A stretch of 61,423 bases of DNA from positions 1 through 61,423 of the forward strand of contig CAZIZE010000011.1 in NCBI GenBank assembly GCA_964543655.1, in the 5' to 3' direction. The notes below the pieces were generated by a model. It saw nothing but the letters and a program-made list of their open reading frames with translations, made no database searches and was not told the origin of the DNA. The DNA is from an uncultured bacterium. GTDB taxonomy: Bacteria > DYJV01. A program made the translations under genes and the position numbers. This document shows, piece after piece, positions 29,405 to 42,183 of this stretch (position 1 is the stretch's first letter; each line of letters opens with the position of its first letter).

Positions 29405-30700
29405 TCAATTATGTGCAAAACTTTTAATTTTATTTAATTCATCTATAGTAAGCTCTTTGGTTGCAACAGGTAAAATTTTATTATTATGAAAAAGTGGCTC
29501 CTTTTCAATATTGTATTGTGCAACAGCTTTTGCTTCTTCCCATAATTTTGTATGTGGAATTGGCGAATATTCAGCAAGTTTCACTTTTACATTGAATTTT
29601 TTAGCAAATTCAACAGATGAATAAATATCCTCTACTTTTTGATGAGGTAATCCTACAAGTAGATAAACAGACAAATTGTTCTTTGAAAAAGATGCCTTTT
29701 CTAAATATTCCACTGCTTTTGCAAAACTTTTATTGTTAGTTTTGTAACCTATTTTCTTTTGTAAAATTTCATTTGCTGTTTCAAGTGATAATCTGATATC
29801 TTGAAAGTTAGCTTCATACATAAGAGTTGCAACTTCATAGTCAATCTCTGAAATATGCAGACCATTGGGACAATAAAATTTAAAATCTTTTTTTAATTTT
29901 ATTAATTTCTGGAAAAGAGGTATAAAGTGCTGTTTTTTATTAATTAATAGTGCATCATCATAGAAAGCAAAATTTTTAATCTTATAATTATCATAATAGT
30001 AAATTATTTCATTTAAAACTTCATCAGCATCACGCTGGTAAAATGAGTTATTTAAAAATTTATTTGCACAATACACACATGAATAAGGACATCCAAAAGA
30101 GGTGTATATAGGTGCAAAATAATTTTCTTTATAGAGATGTAAAGGAAGAGGAAAAAATTTCTTTTTTATATTGGATAAATTTAATATTTTAACTATTTCA
30201 TCTATACTACTGACTAAATGATTAATTTTAAATTTTTTTGCATGTTCTTTGCAAAGATTTACATAAATGCCGCCTAAAATAATCTTGGCTAATGGAAAAA
30301 ATTTTCTAACCAAATTAATAACTTCTTCAACTCCAAGGTACCAATATGTCATTATAGAAGTAATAATAACATAATCTGGTGGATTTATATTTTCAATAAA
30401 CTTTAAGAATTTTTCCTTTTGTAAACCAAATCTGTAAAATTTCCTGTTAATTGTTTTAAATATATCAGGCTTTTTTATTTCCTCTTTTGGATAACTATGC
30501 CTACCACTATCTTTTATTTTAATTTTAAATTTTTTAATTTCACTTTTATCCATTTTTGAAATATCAAGAAAGTCAAAATATTCAAAATTAACAGAGTTAT
30601 AATGAAAAAGCGATGCTATTTTCAAAAGTCCAACAGGCCGTGCCCATAGAGAGTACGCAGCAAAATCGTATATTGGTGGATTAATAAGTAAAATATTCAT
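29405..30700 (-). CDS. B12-binding-domain radical SAM protein
   Basis: LLINPPIYDFAAY, ILGGIY, GCPYSCVYC (CxxxCxxC), FYDD, PNGLH. Confidence 0.9.
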   Translation of the reverse strand: MNILLINPPIYDFAAYSLWARPVGLLKIASLFHYNSVNFEYFDFLDISKMDKSEIKKFKIKIKDSGRHSYPKEEIKKPDIFKTINRKFYRFGLQKEKFLKFIENINPPDYVIITSIMTYWYLGVEEVINLVRKFFPLAKIILGGIYVNLCKEHAKKFKINHLVSSIDEIVKILNLSNIKKKFFPLPLHLYKENYFAPIYTSFGCPYSCVYCANKFLNNSFYQRDADEVLNEIIYYYDNYKIKNFAFYDDALLINKKQHFIPLFQKLIKLKKDFKFYCPNGLHISEIDYEVATLMYEANFQDIRLSLETANEILQKKIGYKTNNKSFAKAVEYLEKASFSKNNLSVYLLVGLPHQKVEDIYSSVEFAKKFNVKVKLAEYSPIPHTKLWEEAKAVAQYNIEKEPLFHNNKILPVATKELTIDELNKIKSFAHN

Positions 30701-30706
30701 AACCTC

Positions 30707-30735
30707 ATTTTACCAACTTTTATTTAAGATTACAA
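30707..30735 (-). promoter_or_regulatory. Sigma70-type promoter of the radical SAM gene
   Basis: TTGTAA-17 bp-TAAAAT with TG extension, 6 nt before ATG 30700. Confidence 0.55.
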
Positions 30736-30744
30736 TATAAAGTA

Positions 30745-30773
30745 TAGACAAAAATTTAAAATTTAGGTATAAA
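30745..30773 (+). promoter_or_regulatory. Sigma70-type promoter upstream of the REC-PP2C cluster
   Basis: TAGACA-17 bp-TATAAA. Confidence 0.55.
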
Positions 30774-30937
30774 AATAGAAAAAGCTTTGCACAATAAAGA
30801 ATAGTAAAATTTTATAAATAATGGTTTCTTACCTTTTACTCTGTGCTGAGTTAACATTATTAAAATTTAGCATGCAGTTAAAAGTTTTGTACAAAGTTTT
30901 ATATTAGTTTGAATTTATCAGAACAGGAAAGTGTAAT

Positions 30938-32077
30938 ATGGAAAAGTACAGATTAATGGTAGTTGATGATTCAAGATTTATTACAGCAGTTCTATCATCT
31001 ACTTTAAGAAAAGCTGGTTATCATGTTAGAGGATACTTTGATGCTGAATCAGCTATTAAAGATATTCCATCATTTAAACCACATATGATTTTGTCAGATT
31101 TTATGATGCCAAAAATGAATGGCTTTGAATTTTGCAAAGAAATAAAAGAAAATGAAAAAACCAGCCATATTAAATTTATTCTAATTACCTCAGTTAATGA
31201 TGTGAATGCAAAGGTAAAATGTTTTGATGTTGGTGCTGATGATTATATTACAAAACCGTTTAATAATAAAGAAGTTATAGCAAGAGTAAAAACACACCTT
31301 TCAATAAAGCAACTACAGGATGATTTAAGTGAAGCTCTTTCAAAAATTGAGAGAGAGCTTGAAATTGTTGGTTCAATACAGAAAAATCTACTACCATCTG
31401 AGAATCCTCACCTTGAAAATCTGATTTTTGAATCTTATTACAACACGTACTCAAAATCAGGAGGAGATTATTTTGATTTTATAAAAATAGATGAAAATCA
31501 TATGGGAGTATTAATTGTAGATGTTTCAGGCCATGGGACAAGCTCTACAGTTATTATGGCAATGTTAAAAATTTTAATTACAAAATTATTAAATCGAATA
31601 AACAATCCATCTGAGGTTTTGAATAAATTAAATGATTTAATTCTTGAAATGTTAAATATTGATAAATTTGCAACAATTTTTTATGGTATAATAAATTTAG
31701 ATAGTCTTTCTTTTATTTATGCTAATGCAGCACATCCAGAACCTATTGTTATTAATAAATTTTCAAAAAAAATAGTAACTTTATCAGGGAAAAAAGGTTT
31801 ACCAGTTGGGATTTTACCATTTGCCACAGGCACATACTCCAATACATCAACTAATTTTGAAAAAGGTGATAGAGTTATTCTATATACTGATGGTATTATT
31901 GAGAATAAAGATAATGAAAGAAATCTTTATGGAGAAGAAAGATTTTTAAATATTATTATGGAAACAATAGAGCTTGAAATTGGTGAAGCCAAAGAGAAAA
32001 TAATAGAAAATGTTTTAAGTTTCAGTGATAATATTTTTTATGATGACATTACAATGGTAATGTTTGATGTTGTTTAA
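30938..32077 (+). CDS. Response regulator with PP2C/SpoIIE phosphatase domain
   Basis: REC (VVDD, SDFMMP, KPF) plus GGDYFD, DVSGHG, YTDGI, DDIT. Confidence 0.93.
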   Translation: MEKYRLMVVDDSRFITAVLSSTLRKAGYHVRGYFDAESAIKDIPSFKPHMILSDFMMPKMNGFEFCKEIKENEKTSHIKFILITSVNDVNAKVKCFDVGADDYITKPFNNKEVIARVKTHLSIKQLQDDLSEALSKIERELEIVGSIQKNLLPSENPHLENLIFESYYNTYSKSGGDYFDFIKIDENHMGVLIVDVSGHGTSSTVIMAMLKILITKLLNRINNPSEVLNKLNDLILEMLNIDKFATIFYGIINLDSLSFIYANAAHPEPIVINKFSKKIVTLSGKKGLPVGILPFATGTYSNTSTNFEKGDRVILYTDGIIENKDNERNLYGEERFLNIIMETIELEIGEAKEKIIENVLSFSDNIFYDDITMVMFDVV

Positions 32078-32086
32078 GTTTATGCT

Positions 32087-34099
32087 ATGAAAAGGGATAG
32101 ATTAATTAACAACATAGGAATAGCTGCTCATATTGATGCAGGTAAAACCACTCTTACTGAGAGAATTCTTTACTTTACAGGTACCACCTATAAAATAGGT
32201 GAGGTTCATAATGGTGCGGCAGTGATGGATTATCTTGCTGAGGAAAAAGAGCGAGGTATTACTATTACATCTGCTGTAACTTCTGTTTTCTGGAAAAATC
32301 ACCAGATAAATATTGTTGATACTCCAGGTCACGTTGATTTTACTGTTGAAGTTGAAAGATGTATGAGAGTGATGGATGGTGCTATTATTGTGCTCTGCGG
32401 TGTTGGCGGAGTGGAGACTCAAACAGAAACAGTATGGGAGCAGATTAACAAATTTAAAATTCCAAGGATAATTTTTATAAATAAACTTGACAGAATAGGT
32501 GCAGATTTTAATAGAGTTCTTGATGAAATCAGGGAAAAGCTCAATATTACTCCTCTTCCACTTGTGTATCCTATAGGAAAAGAGAAAAATTTTAATGGTA
32601 TTATTGATGTGTTAGAGGAGAGGGAAGTTTATTTTTCTGATGATGGAAAAGATTTAATAATAGAAGAGTTAAAAGATAAAGATTTTGTTAATAATAAGAA
32701 AAATGAGATAATAGAGATATTAAGCGATTATGACAATGACTTGCTTGAGAAATTTTTAGAAGATTCAGAAATTAGTAGAAAAGATATTTTAAATGCATGC
32801 AAAAAAGCAACAGCTACTTTAAAAGTAGCACCTGTTTTTTGTGGTTCAGCATTGAAAAATAAAGGTATTCAACATCTTCTTGATGGTGTTGTGAATTTTT
32901 TGCCCATTCCTGATGAAATAAGGAAAATACCAGTTTATAATAAAAAGAACAATGAAAGAGCAGAAATAGAAATTCCTGAAGATTTTTTAGGCTATATTTT
33001 TAAAATTCAGGTAATTGACAAAAGAAAAATCTCCTATGTTAGAGTTTATTCAGGGAAAGTGGATACAGGTGATAATGTGGTAAATCTTACCACCAACAAT
33101 AAAAACAAAGTTTCCAAAATTTATCAAATCCACGCTGATAAGAGAAAAGAAATTAACTCATGCGAAAAGGGTGATGTTGTGGGTATGCTTCTAAAGGATG
33201 GAATTACTGGTGATACACTTGTTAAAAATAAAAATTTTAATTTTATCCTTGAAAAAATAGAGTTTGACAATCCTGTGATTTCACTTGCAATAGAGCCATA
33301 CTCATCAAAGGATCAACAGCGATTATTGGAAGCTCTTGATTATATTGCAATTGAAGATCCATCTTTTAGGTTCAAATTTGATGAAGAGATTAATCAAATT
33401 GTTATTTCAGGTATGGGTGAATTACATTTAGAAATAGTTGTTAATAGGTTAAAAGAGCAGTATAATCTCAAAGTAAAAACTGGCAAACCTCAGGTTGTGT
33501 ACAGAGAAACAGTTACAACACAGGCATCAGCTGAATATGAATATGAGGTGAAGATAGAGGAAAATTTATTATACGCATATATTGCTCTTGAAATAGAACC
33601 ACTTAAAAGGAGTGGAAAGGATAATTCCAATATTATTGAATTTTTAGTAGAAGATGAAATTATTGAAAAAGTGAAAGATTATATTTATGAAGGCTTAAAT
33701 GAATACTTTACTTCAGGTTTTTTAACAGGTGCACCTGTTATAGACACAAAAGTTAAAATTTTAAAAGCATTAGATAAAACCGGGAGATTTGAAAAAGGTG
33801 CATTTAAAGTGGCAACTATAAATGCATTAAAAGCAGCTTACACTGATGCTGCTCCAGTTAAGCTTGAGCCTGTGATGGAAGTGATAGTAACTGTTCCTGA
33901 GGAATTTACCGGTGATATAATAGGAGATTTAAATTCTAAAAAAGCAAGAATTTTAAATGTGGAAAGTGCAAATAATAAGTCTGTTATAACATGCTATGCT
34001 TATCTTTCATCACTTTTTGGATACACTACTACATTGAGGTCTCTCTCAAAGGGAAAGGCTAACTTTACAATGAAATTTAAATATTACGATTTATTTTAA
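32087..34099 (+). CDS. fusA: Elongation factor G paralogue
   Basis: [37 protein letters not shown]; not in an rpsL-rpsG-tuf context. Confidence 0.9.
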   Translation: MKRDRLINNIGIAAHIDAGKTTLTERILYFTGTTYKIGEVHNGAAVMDYLAEEKERGITITSAVTSVFWKNHQINIVDTPGHVDFTVEVERCMRVMDGAIIVLCGVGGVETQTETVWEQINKFKIPRIIFINKLDRIGADFNRVLDEIREKLNITPLPLVYPIGKEKNFNGIIDVLEEREVYFSDDGKDLIIEELKDKDFVNNKKNEIIEILSDYDNDLLEKFLEDSEISRKDILNACKKATATLKVAPVFCGSALKNKGIQHLLDGVVNFLPIPDEIRKIPVYNKKNNERAEIEIPEDFLGYIFKIQVIDKRKISYVRVYSGKVDTGDNVVNLTTNNKNKVSKIYQIHADKRKEINSCEKGDVVGMLLKDGITGDTLVKNKNFNFILEKIEFDNPVISLAIEPYSSKDQQRLLEALDYIAIEDPSFRFKFDEEINQIVISGMGELHLEIVVNRLKEQYNLKVKTGKPQVVYRETVTTQASAEYEYEVKIEENLLYAYIALEIEPLKRSGKDNSNIIEFLVEDEIIEKVKDYIYEGLNEYFTSGFLTGAPVIDTKVKILKALDKTGRFEKGAFKVATINALKAAYTDAAPVKLEPVMEVIVTVPEEFTGDIIGDLNSKKARILNVESANNKSVITCYAYLSSLFGYTTTLRSLSKGKANFTMKFKYYDLF

Positions 34100-34117
34100 A
34101 AATTTAAGAGGTGAGCT

Positions 34118-35776
34118 ATGTTAAAAATAGGTGTTGCTGTATCATTAAAATCAGTAGCCAGAGTTATTCATGAAATGTTAATGGGTTATGCTGAGATAAT
34201 TTTTTTTGATGAGCCAGATGAATTAATAGACCATTTATCAAATGAAAATCTTAATCTATTAATTATTGATAGGACTTTTAAAAACAGGTCTTTTGAAGAA
34301 ATAATAGAAGAAATTTCAGTTTATCCACCTATAATTCTATTAACATCTGATTCATTTAAGAAAAGGAAAGATTTTAATATTAATCTAATTTTACGTAGAC
34401 CGTTTCATGTTTATGAATTGCGAGAGTCAGTAAATTTTGTGTTAACTGATAAAATTTATAATAAAAAATTTTTAAATAAAATAATGATAGTTGACGATTC
34501 TGCTGTAACAAGAAATATTTTAAAACAGGAATTGACAATTCTCGGATTTGAGATAATTGAAGCTGAAAATGGGAAGCAGGCACTTGAAATAATCAAATCA
34601 CCTGAAAACACGCCTTTTTTATTTATAATTGACCAAGAGATGCCAGAGATGAATGGTATTGAGCTTGCAAAAAATATTCGGAATCTTGATATGTTACATG
34701 ATATACCAATTATCATGTTCACAAGCCTTTTTGACAATATGAAGTTGCGAAAAGAGGCTTTTAATGTTGGAATAAATGATTTTATTCCAAAGCCTTTTAA
34801 AAAGGAGGATTTTCAGGCTACAATAAAAAAATACACTGAATTTCAAGCTGATGAGTCATCAAGTAAAATTTTACTGCTTACACCAACAATATCTAAAAGT
34901 AAGGCAATATCTTCAATTTTAAAAAATTGTGGATATAGGGTATTTTCTTCAGATAAAAAGGATAAGTTTATTACATTGCTTGAGGACAATGAATTTAATC
35001 TTGCTATTGTTGATTTAAAAAGTATAGAAAATGATATTGATAATTTTGTTAATAACATAAAGAAAGTGCTTCCTGCAGGATTCCCTGTGATTGCCTATCT
35101 TCCAGTGGAAGATTTTAATCTTAAAGATAAATTGTTTAAAACCTTGAAAGGATACATTAGTGATTATATTCTTGAGCCATTTGATGTTGAAGAGCTTACA
35201 TTTATTGTTGAAACATGGCTTAAACAGTACAGCTTAATAAATGAATTTATAAAGCAGAAAGAGCAGCTTGAAAAATTAACAACTTTTGACCTATTAACAG
35301 GTGTTTACAATAGATTTACTATTTTAAAAATTGGCGAAGAGCAATTTTCTCTTGCTAAGAGAAAAAATATCCCATTTTCAATACTTTATCTTGATATTGA
35401 TCATTTTAAAAAAGTTAATGATATTTATGGCCATTCAGTTGGAGATTTGGTGTTACAGGAATTTTCCAGGAAAATCAAAGACAATTTAAGGCTTGAAGAT
35501 AAAATAGGCAGAATAGGTGGAGAGGAATTTCTTGTAATTTTACCATATACAGAAAAGAAAGATGCTCTTATAGTTGCAGAAAAATTAAGAAAAAATGTTA
35601 CAGAAATAAAAATTATAGGTTATGATGATTTAAAATTATCTATTTCTATTGGCTTAGTTTCATTTGATTCTGAATTGGCAGATAATTTAAAAACATTTGA
35701 CCAATTAATATCCCTTGCAGATTCATTGCTCTACAAGGCTAAAGAAAGTGGAAGAAATAAAACAGTTACAAATTAA
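34118..35776 (+). CDS. Multi-receiver diguanylate cyclase
   Basis: One intact REC (VDD, DQEMP, KPF) flanked by two degenerate REC-like domains; DLLTG, DIDHFK, RLED I-site, GGEEF. Confidence 0.93.
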   Translation: MLKIGVAVSLKSVARVIHEMLMGYAEIIFFDEPDELIDHLSNENLNLLIIDRTFKNRSFEEIIEEISVYPPIILLTSDSFKKRKDFNINLILRRPFHVYELRESVNFVLTDKIYNKKFLNKIMIVDDSAVTRNILKQELTILGFEIIEAENGKQALEIIKSPENTPFLFIIDQEMPEMNGIELAKNIRNLDMLHDIPIIMFTSLFDNMKLRKEAFNVGINDFIPKPFKKEDFQATIKKYTEFQADESSSKILLLTPTISKSKAISSILKNCGYRVFSSDKKDKFITLLEDNEFNLAIVDLKSIENDIDNFVNNIKKVLPAGFPVIAYLPVEDFNLKDKLFKTLKGYISDYILEPFDVEELTFIVETWLKQYSLINEFIKQKEQLEKLTTFDLLTGVYNRFTILKIGEEQFSLAKRKNIPFSILYLDIDHFKKVNDIYGHSVGDLVLQEFSRKIKDNLRLEDKIGRIGGEEFLVILPYTEKKDALIVAEKLRKNVTEIKIIGYDDLKLSISIGLVSFDSELADNLKTFDQLISLADSLLYKAKESGRNKTVTN

Positions 35777-35865
35777 TAAATAATTTATTTTTAATTATGA
35801 ATATAAATTGAGTTGTTAACATAAAAAGCTATTATTGCTTTTACAATTATTACCTTGATTTTTAA

Positions 35866-37547
<1,682 letters not shown>

Positions 37548-37548
<1 letters not shown>

Positions 37549-38348
37549 TGGAGTTATACAGGAGATTAAAAGAGAATTTTTTTATAATAGCAGGTCCCTG
37601 CGTTATAGAAAATGAAGAAATATGCTTTAGTGTTGCTGATAAAATTAATAATATTTGTAATAATCTTGGAATTACATATATTTTTAAGTCTTCATTTGAT
37701 AAAGCCAATAGAAGCTCAATAAACTCATATAGAGGACCGGGGATTTTAAATGGCCTTGAAACATTAAATAAAGTCAAAAGCAAATTCAACTTACCGATTA
37801 CAACAGATATTCATGAAACATGGCAGGTAAATGAAGTTAAGGAAATAGTTGATATTATTCAGATTCCTGCTTTTTTATGTAGGCAAACAGATCTTCTAAT
37901 TTCAGCAGGTGCAACAGATAAAATTATTAACGTGAAAAAGGGTCAATTTTTATCAGGTTATGATACTGAAAATATTGTTAAAAAAGTTTCTTCAACTAAC
38001 AATAAAAAAATTATTTTAACTGAACGTGGCAATTCATTTGGTTACAACAATCTTGTTGTTGATTTTAGAAACATACCTATAATGAAAAATTTTGTAGATA
38101 TTGTGGTTTTTGACGCAACACACTCAGTTCAGCTTCCAGGTGGTCAAGGCTACTGCTCGTCTGGGAATAGAGAATTTGTTTTTCCTTTAGCAAAAGCAGC
38201 TGTTGCTACTGGTATAAATGGAGTTTTTATGGAGGTACATCCAGAGCCAGATAGTGCTCTCTGTGATGGTGCTAATTCAGTTAGTCTTGATAAAGTTGAT
38301 GAAATAATTAAAAAATTATATGAAATTTACCAATTAATTAATACTTAG
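37548..38348 (+). CDS. kdsA: KDO8P synthase
   Basis: AGPCVIE, FDKANRSS, QIPAFLCRQTDL, DATHSVQ. Confidence 0.97.
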
Positions 38349-38357
38349 GAGCTTTTT

Positions 38358-39524
38358 ATGAAAATCAATAAAACTATTGCAGAGATTAATGAAAAAATAA
38401 GAAAAGGTGAAGCTTTTGTTGTAACAGCAGAGGAGATGATTGATATTGTTGAGGAAAATGGAGCAGAAGAAGCAGCTGCTAAAGTTGATGTTGTTACAAC
38501 TGGCACTTTTGCTCCTATGTGTTCTTCAGGGGCTTTTATAAATTTTGGTCATACAAAACCTAAAATAAAAGCAGCAAATGTATGGCTCAATGATGTTTTC
38601 TGCTATGGTGGGATTGCTGCTGTTGATTTTTATATTGGAGCAACACAGGTTGCAAAAAATGACCCATTGAACCATAATCATCCTGGAGAATTTAAATATG
38701 GTGGAGGCCATGTAATAGAAGACCTTATTTCAGGTAAAGAAGTGCAGCTTGTAGCAGAAGCATATGGAACAGATTGTTATCCAAGAAAATATTATGAAGC
38801 TACTGTTACAATTTCTGATTTGAGAAATGCATTTTTATACAATCCAAGAAATTGCTACCAGAATTACAATGTAGCAATAAATTTGACTAATAAGACAATT
38901 TATACATACATGGGTGTTTTAAAGCCCAATGGTGGAAATATAAATTATTGCAGTGCAGGTCAGTTATCACCACTATTAAATGACCCATATTATTTAACAA
39001 TAGGTACAGGCACAAAAATATTTTTAGCAGGTGCACAGGGAGTTGTTACATGGTGGGGAACACAGCATGCTCCAGATACACCAAGAAGTGAAAATGGAGT
39101 TGTTAAAGGTGGAGCAGGTACAATTGCTGTTACAGGTGATATGAAGCAGATGGATTCAAGGTGGATAAAAGGGGTGAGTATTCTTGGTTATGGTTGTAGC
39201 ATGGCTGTTGGAATTGGTATTCCAATACCTGTGTTAAATGAGCAGATAGCCAAATTTACAGCTGTTAAAGATGATGAAATTTATGCTCCCATAATAGATT
39301 ATGGTAAGGATTATCCTAACAAAGAGGATAAAGTTTTAAAATATGTTTCATATGGTGAGCTTAAATCAGGCTTTGTTCAATTTAATGGCAGGGAAATACC
39401 TACTTCACCATTATCAAGTTACACCAAAGCAAAAGAGATTGCAGAAACATTAAAATCTTGGATTCAGAAAGGCACATTTACTCTTGGAGAGCCACAAATT
39501 CCATTGCCAACTGTAAAATTTTAG
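38358..39524 (+). CDS. DUF39 homocysteine biosynthesis enzyme (aspartate-semialdehyde sulfurtransferase family)
   Basis: KTIAEINEKI, VDVVTTGTFAPMCSSG, YGGGHVIEDL, NPRNCYQNY, AGQLSPLLNDP. Confidence 0.88.
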   Translation: MKINKTIAEINEKIRKGEAFVVTAEEMIDIVEENGAEEAAAKVDVVTTGTFAPMCSSGAFINFGHTKPKIKAANVWLNDVFCYGGIAAVDFYIGATQVAKNDPLNHNHPGEFKYGGGHVIEDLISGKEVQLVAEAYGTDCYPRKYYEATVTISDLRNAFLYNPRNCYQNYNVAINLTNKTIYTYMGVLKPNGGNINYCSAGQLSPLLNDPYYLTIGTGTKIFLAGAQGVVTWWGTQHAPDTPRSENGVVKGGAGTIAVTGDMKQMDSRWIKGVSILGYGCSMAVGIGIPIPVLNEQIAKFTAVKDDEIYAPIIDYGKDYPNKEDKVLKYVSYGELKSGFVQFNGREIPTSPLSSYTKAKEIAETLKSWIQKGTFTLGEPQIPLPTVKF

Positions 39525-39531
39525 ATTGGAA

Positions 39532-40107
39532 ATGAGAAAAATTAAGATTTTAATGATAGATAATTACGATTCTTTTACATACAATCTTTATCAATATTTT
39601 GGTATTCTTGGTGCTGATGTTGATGTTTTTAGAAATAATGAGATTGATATTCAGAGAGCTGATTTTTCAAAGTATGATAAAGTTGTAATTTCCCCTGGTC
39701 CAGGTAACCCTGACAATGCAGGAGTGTCACTTAACATAATTGAAAAATTAAAAGGTAAGATGCCAATTCTTGGAGTTTGCCTTGGCCATCAATGTATTGG
39801 ACAAGTTTTTGGCTCTAAAATTGTTAGAGCAAAAAAAGTTATGCATGGAAAAACTTCAAAGATTATTCATAATAAAGATTCTCTATTTGAAAATATTCCT
39901 TCACCATTTACTGCCACAAGGTACCATTCCCTTGTAATTGATAAAGCAACAGTTTCAGATTCTTTAAAAATTATAGCAGAGTCAGATGATGGAGAAATTA
40001 TGGGTGTTAAACATAAAGATTATATGATCTGGGGGATTCAATTTCATCCTGAGTCAATTCTTACAAAATTTGGCCTTAAAATATTGGAAAATTTTTTAAA
40101 CCAATGA
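39532..40107 (+). CDS. Anthranilate/aminodeoxychorismate synthase glutamine amidotransferase (TrpG/PabA)
   Basis: IDNYDSFTYNL, SPGPG, GVCLGHQ, RYHSL, QFHPES. Confidence 0.93.
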   Translation: MRKIKILMIDNYDSFTYNLYQYFGILGADVDVFRNNEIDIQRADFSKYDKVVISPGPGNPDNAGVSLNIIEKLKGKMPILGVCLGHQCIGQVFGSKIVRAKKVMHGKTSKIIHNKDSLFENIPSPFTATRYHSLVIDKATVSDSLKIIAESDDGEIMGVKHKDYMIWGIQFHPESILTKFGLKILENFLNQ

Positions 40108-41600
40108 GAAAGCTAATAGTTGTTTTATTTTTGATATTCATAACTTACAATATAAGTGCTGCTTTTTATGGATTAATAGACCCAGATGAGCCACGTTATG
40201 CTGCTACAGCTAAAAATATGGTTTTGGAAAATCAATACATTATCCCCTACTTTAATGGTAATTTAAGAATTAACAAGCCACCTCTTACATACTGGCTAAT
40301 AGCTGCGTCATATAAAATGTTTAAAATTAATGAGTATTTTTCAAGATTGCCACATATTCTATTTGCTTTTTTTATAATTTTTTTTGGTGTTCTGCTTTTT
40401 AAATCCCATTTATCGTATGAAGAAAGAGTTACTTTTGCTTTAATTCTTGCTTCAACACCACTATTTTTTTACCTTGGAAAATATTGCAATACTGATATAA
40501 TTTTATCAGGTTTTTTTATTTTTTCAATTTACTTTTTCTATCTTTACATTGAAAAAGAAAGAGCTATTTTTCTGAATCTGTTTTATATTTCATATTTTTT
40601 CACAAATTTAACTAAAGGCCCAGTTGCATATTTAATTATTCTGATTATTTTACTCTTTCTTTTTTTTGAAAAGAGTATAAAAAAGCTTTATAATCTGAGA
40701 TTCTGGTTAATTGTACTTTTTCTATCTTTAACACCTTTTTTATATCTTTTGCTTGTGTCATTAAAGGTAAACCATTCTCTAAATATTATACATCTTATAA
40801 CAACAGAGACTGTTGGAAGATTTTTTAAAGGTTACAGGCATCCAGAGCCAATATATTTTTATTTAAAATTTTTCCCATTGCTCTTTTTTCCATGGTCAAT
40901 ATTTTTTATTTATAAAATTTTTAATTTAAAAAATCTATGGGGGCAAAACAGTTTCAATAGGTTGAATATTATATATTTTTTTACAGTGTTTATATTTTTT
41001 TCACTTTCAAGGTCAAAGCTTTTGTCATATATTTTGCCAATAACCTTTCCTTTTGCATATCTAACTGTTAATTTAATCAGAGATGTTGATTTTAAAATAA
41101 AATCAAATTTTTTTATAATAATTTATGGTGCTTTATTTCTTTTACTTGTTTCCTTTTTATTAATAAAAAAATATTTAATACCAGATTATAGTGTGCTTTT
41201 GATTTTATTATTTTTTGTAGTGGTGTACATTGTATTACTAAAATATGAAAATAATTTTTTAAATAAATTTGCATATTTTCAGATGCTTTTGCTATTAACC
41301 GTTTTTTTATTAGGTTCGAATTTTTTATCTGAAAATAAAAGTGAAAAATTTTTGCAAAAAGTAACATTAGAGAAAAAGATTCCCATAATAAGCTACAGAA
41401 GGGATATTACAGGAATAGCTTTTTATAAGCAGAATTATTTAAAAGTTGACAATATTAATGATTTGGAAAAATTTAAAAATTTTTACATGGTGTCGTACAA
41501 AAGTGATTTTAAGAAAGTGGAGGATAAATTAAAGTTCTGCAATAAATTAGCAGAATCAAAGCTTAAAATTTTGGTAAAGTGTAATGAACCTAATAATTAA
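40104..41600 (+). CDS. ArnT/PMT-family membrane glycosyltransferase
   Basis: DPDEPRYA, NKPPLTYW, SRLP, LTKGP, multi-TM. Confidence 0.88.
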   Translation: MRKLIVVLFLIFITYNISAAFYGLIDPDEPRYAATAKNMVLENQYIIPYFNGNLRINKPPLTYWLIAASYKMFKINEYFSRLPHILFAFFIIFFGVLLFKSHLSYEERVTFALILASTPLFFYLGKYCNTDIILSGFFIFSIYFFYLYIEKERAIFLNLFYISYFFTNLTKGPVAYLIILIILLFLFFEKSIKKLYNLRFWLIVLFLSLTPFLYLLLVSLKVNHSLNIIHLITTETVGRFFKGYRHPEPIYFYLKFFPLLFFPWSIFFIYKIFNLKNLWGQNSFNRLNIIYFFTVFIFFSLSRSKLLSYILPITFPFAYLTVNLIRDVDFKIKSNFFIIIYGALFLLLVSFLLIKKYLIPDYSVLLILLFFVVVYIVLLKYENNFLNKFAYFQMLLLLTVFLLGSNFLSENKSEKFLQKVTLEKKIPIISYRRDITGIAFYKQNYLKVDNINDLEKFKNFYMVSYKSDFKKVEDKLKFCNKLAESKLKILVKCNEPNN

Positions 41601-42183
41601 TGACAAATTTAAAAACTCGTTTAAATATGAAAATGTTAAAAATTTAATAAATCACCTTAATTCTGTGCCACCTGACTACTATAGAGAAAAAGAGAGAAGA
41701 AAAATATGGCATACTAAGTTTAATGGATATGAGATTTTTGTTAAAAATTTTAATTACCCTAATATATTCATAAAAAAAATTAAAGGCTTTGGCACAAAAA
41801 ATTATAACATTGCTAAATTTTTTTTAAAAAATAGTATTAAAACTCCAGAGCCAATATTTTTCTATTCTTTTAATAATAATGAATATTTTTCAACAGTTGC
41901 AATAAATAATAGTATTGATCTGTGGGAATTTCTCACAAAAAATCCTTCTGAAAATATTAAAGAGAAAATATTATCTCAATTAAGGGAAATGATTCAGAAA
42001 TTTGAAGAGTTAAATATTTATCACTCTGATTTTAATATAAGAAACCTGATTTTAAACAGAAACACATTGGAGCTTTACATTCTTGATCTTGAAGCTGTAA
42101 GATTTAATTTTAACAGTAGAAGAAAAGCTAAAATGATAAAGAAAATCAACAAATATTTAAGTGCATTTCAATTGTCTATATAA
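41584..42183 (+). CDS. LPS kinase-like protein (Kdo/WaaP/InaA fold)
   Basis: IFVK, IKTPEP, YHSDFNIRNL, ILDLE. Confidence 0.75.
   Translation: MNLIINDKFKNSFKYENVKNLINHLNSVPPDYYREKERRKIWHTKFNGYEIFVKNFNYPNIFIKKIKGFGTKNYNIAKFFLKNSIKTPEPIFFYSFNNNEYFSTVAINNSIDLWEFLTKNPSENIKEKILSQLREMIQKFEELNIYHSDFNIRNLILNRNTLELYILDLEAVRFNFNSRRKAKMIKKINKYLSAFQLSI

Noticed and set aside
29405..30700. Radical SAM gene as the missing AmmeMemoRadiSam enzyme
   Set aside because: It has an N-terminal B12-binding architecture, a different subfamily, and lies 7 kb away on the other strand
30810..30860. Purine, fluoride or c-di-GMP riboswitch (AATGGTTTCTTACC resembles parts of their cores)
   Set aside because: The required stems and other conserved segments could not be found by eye
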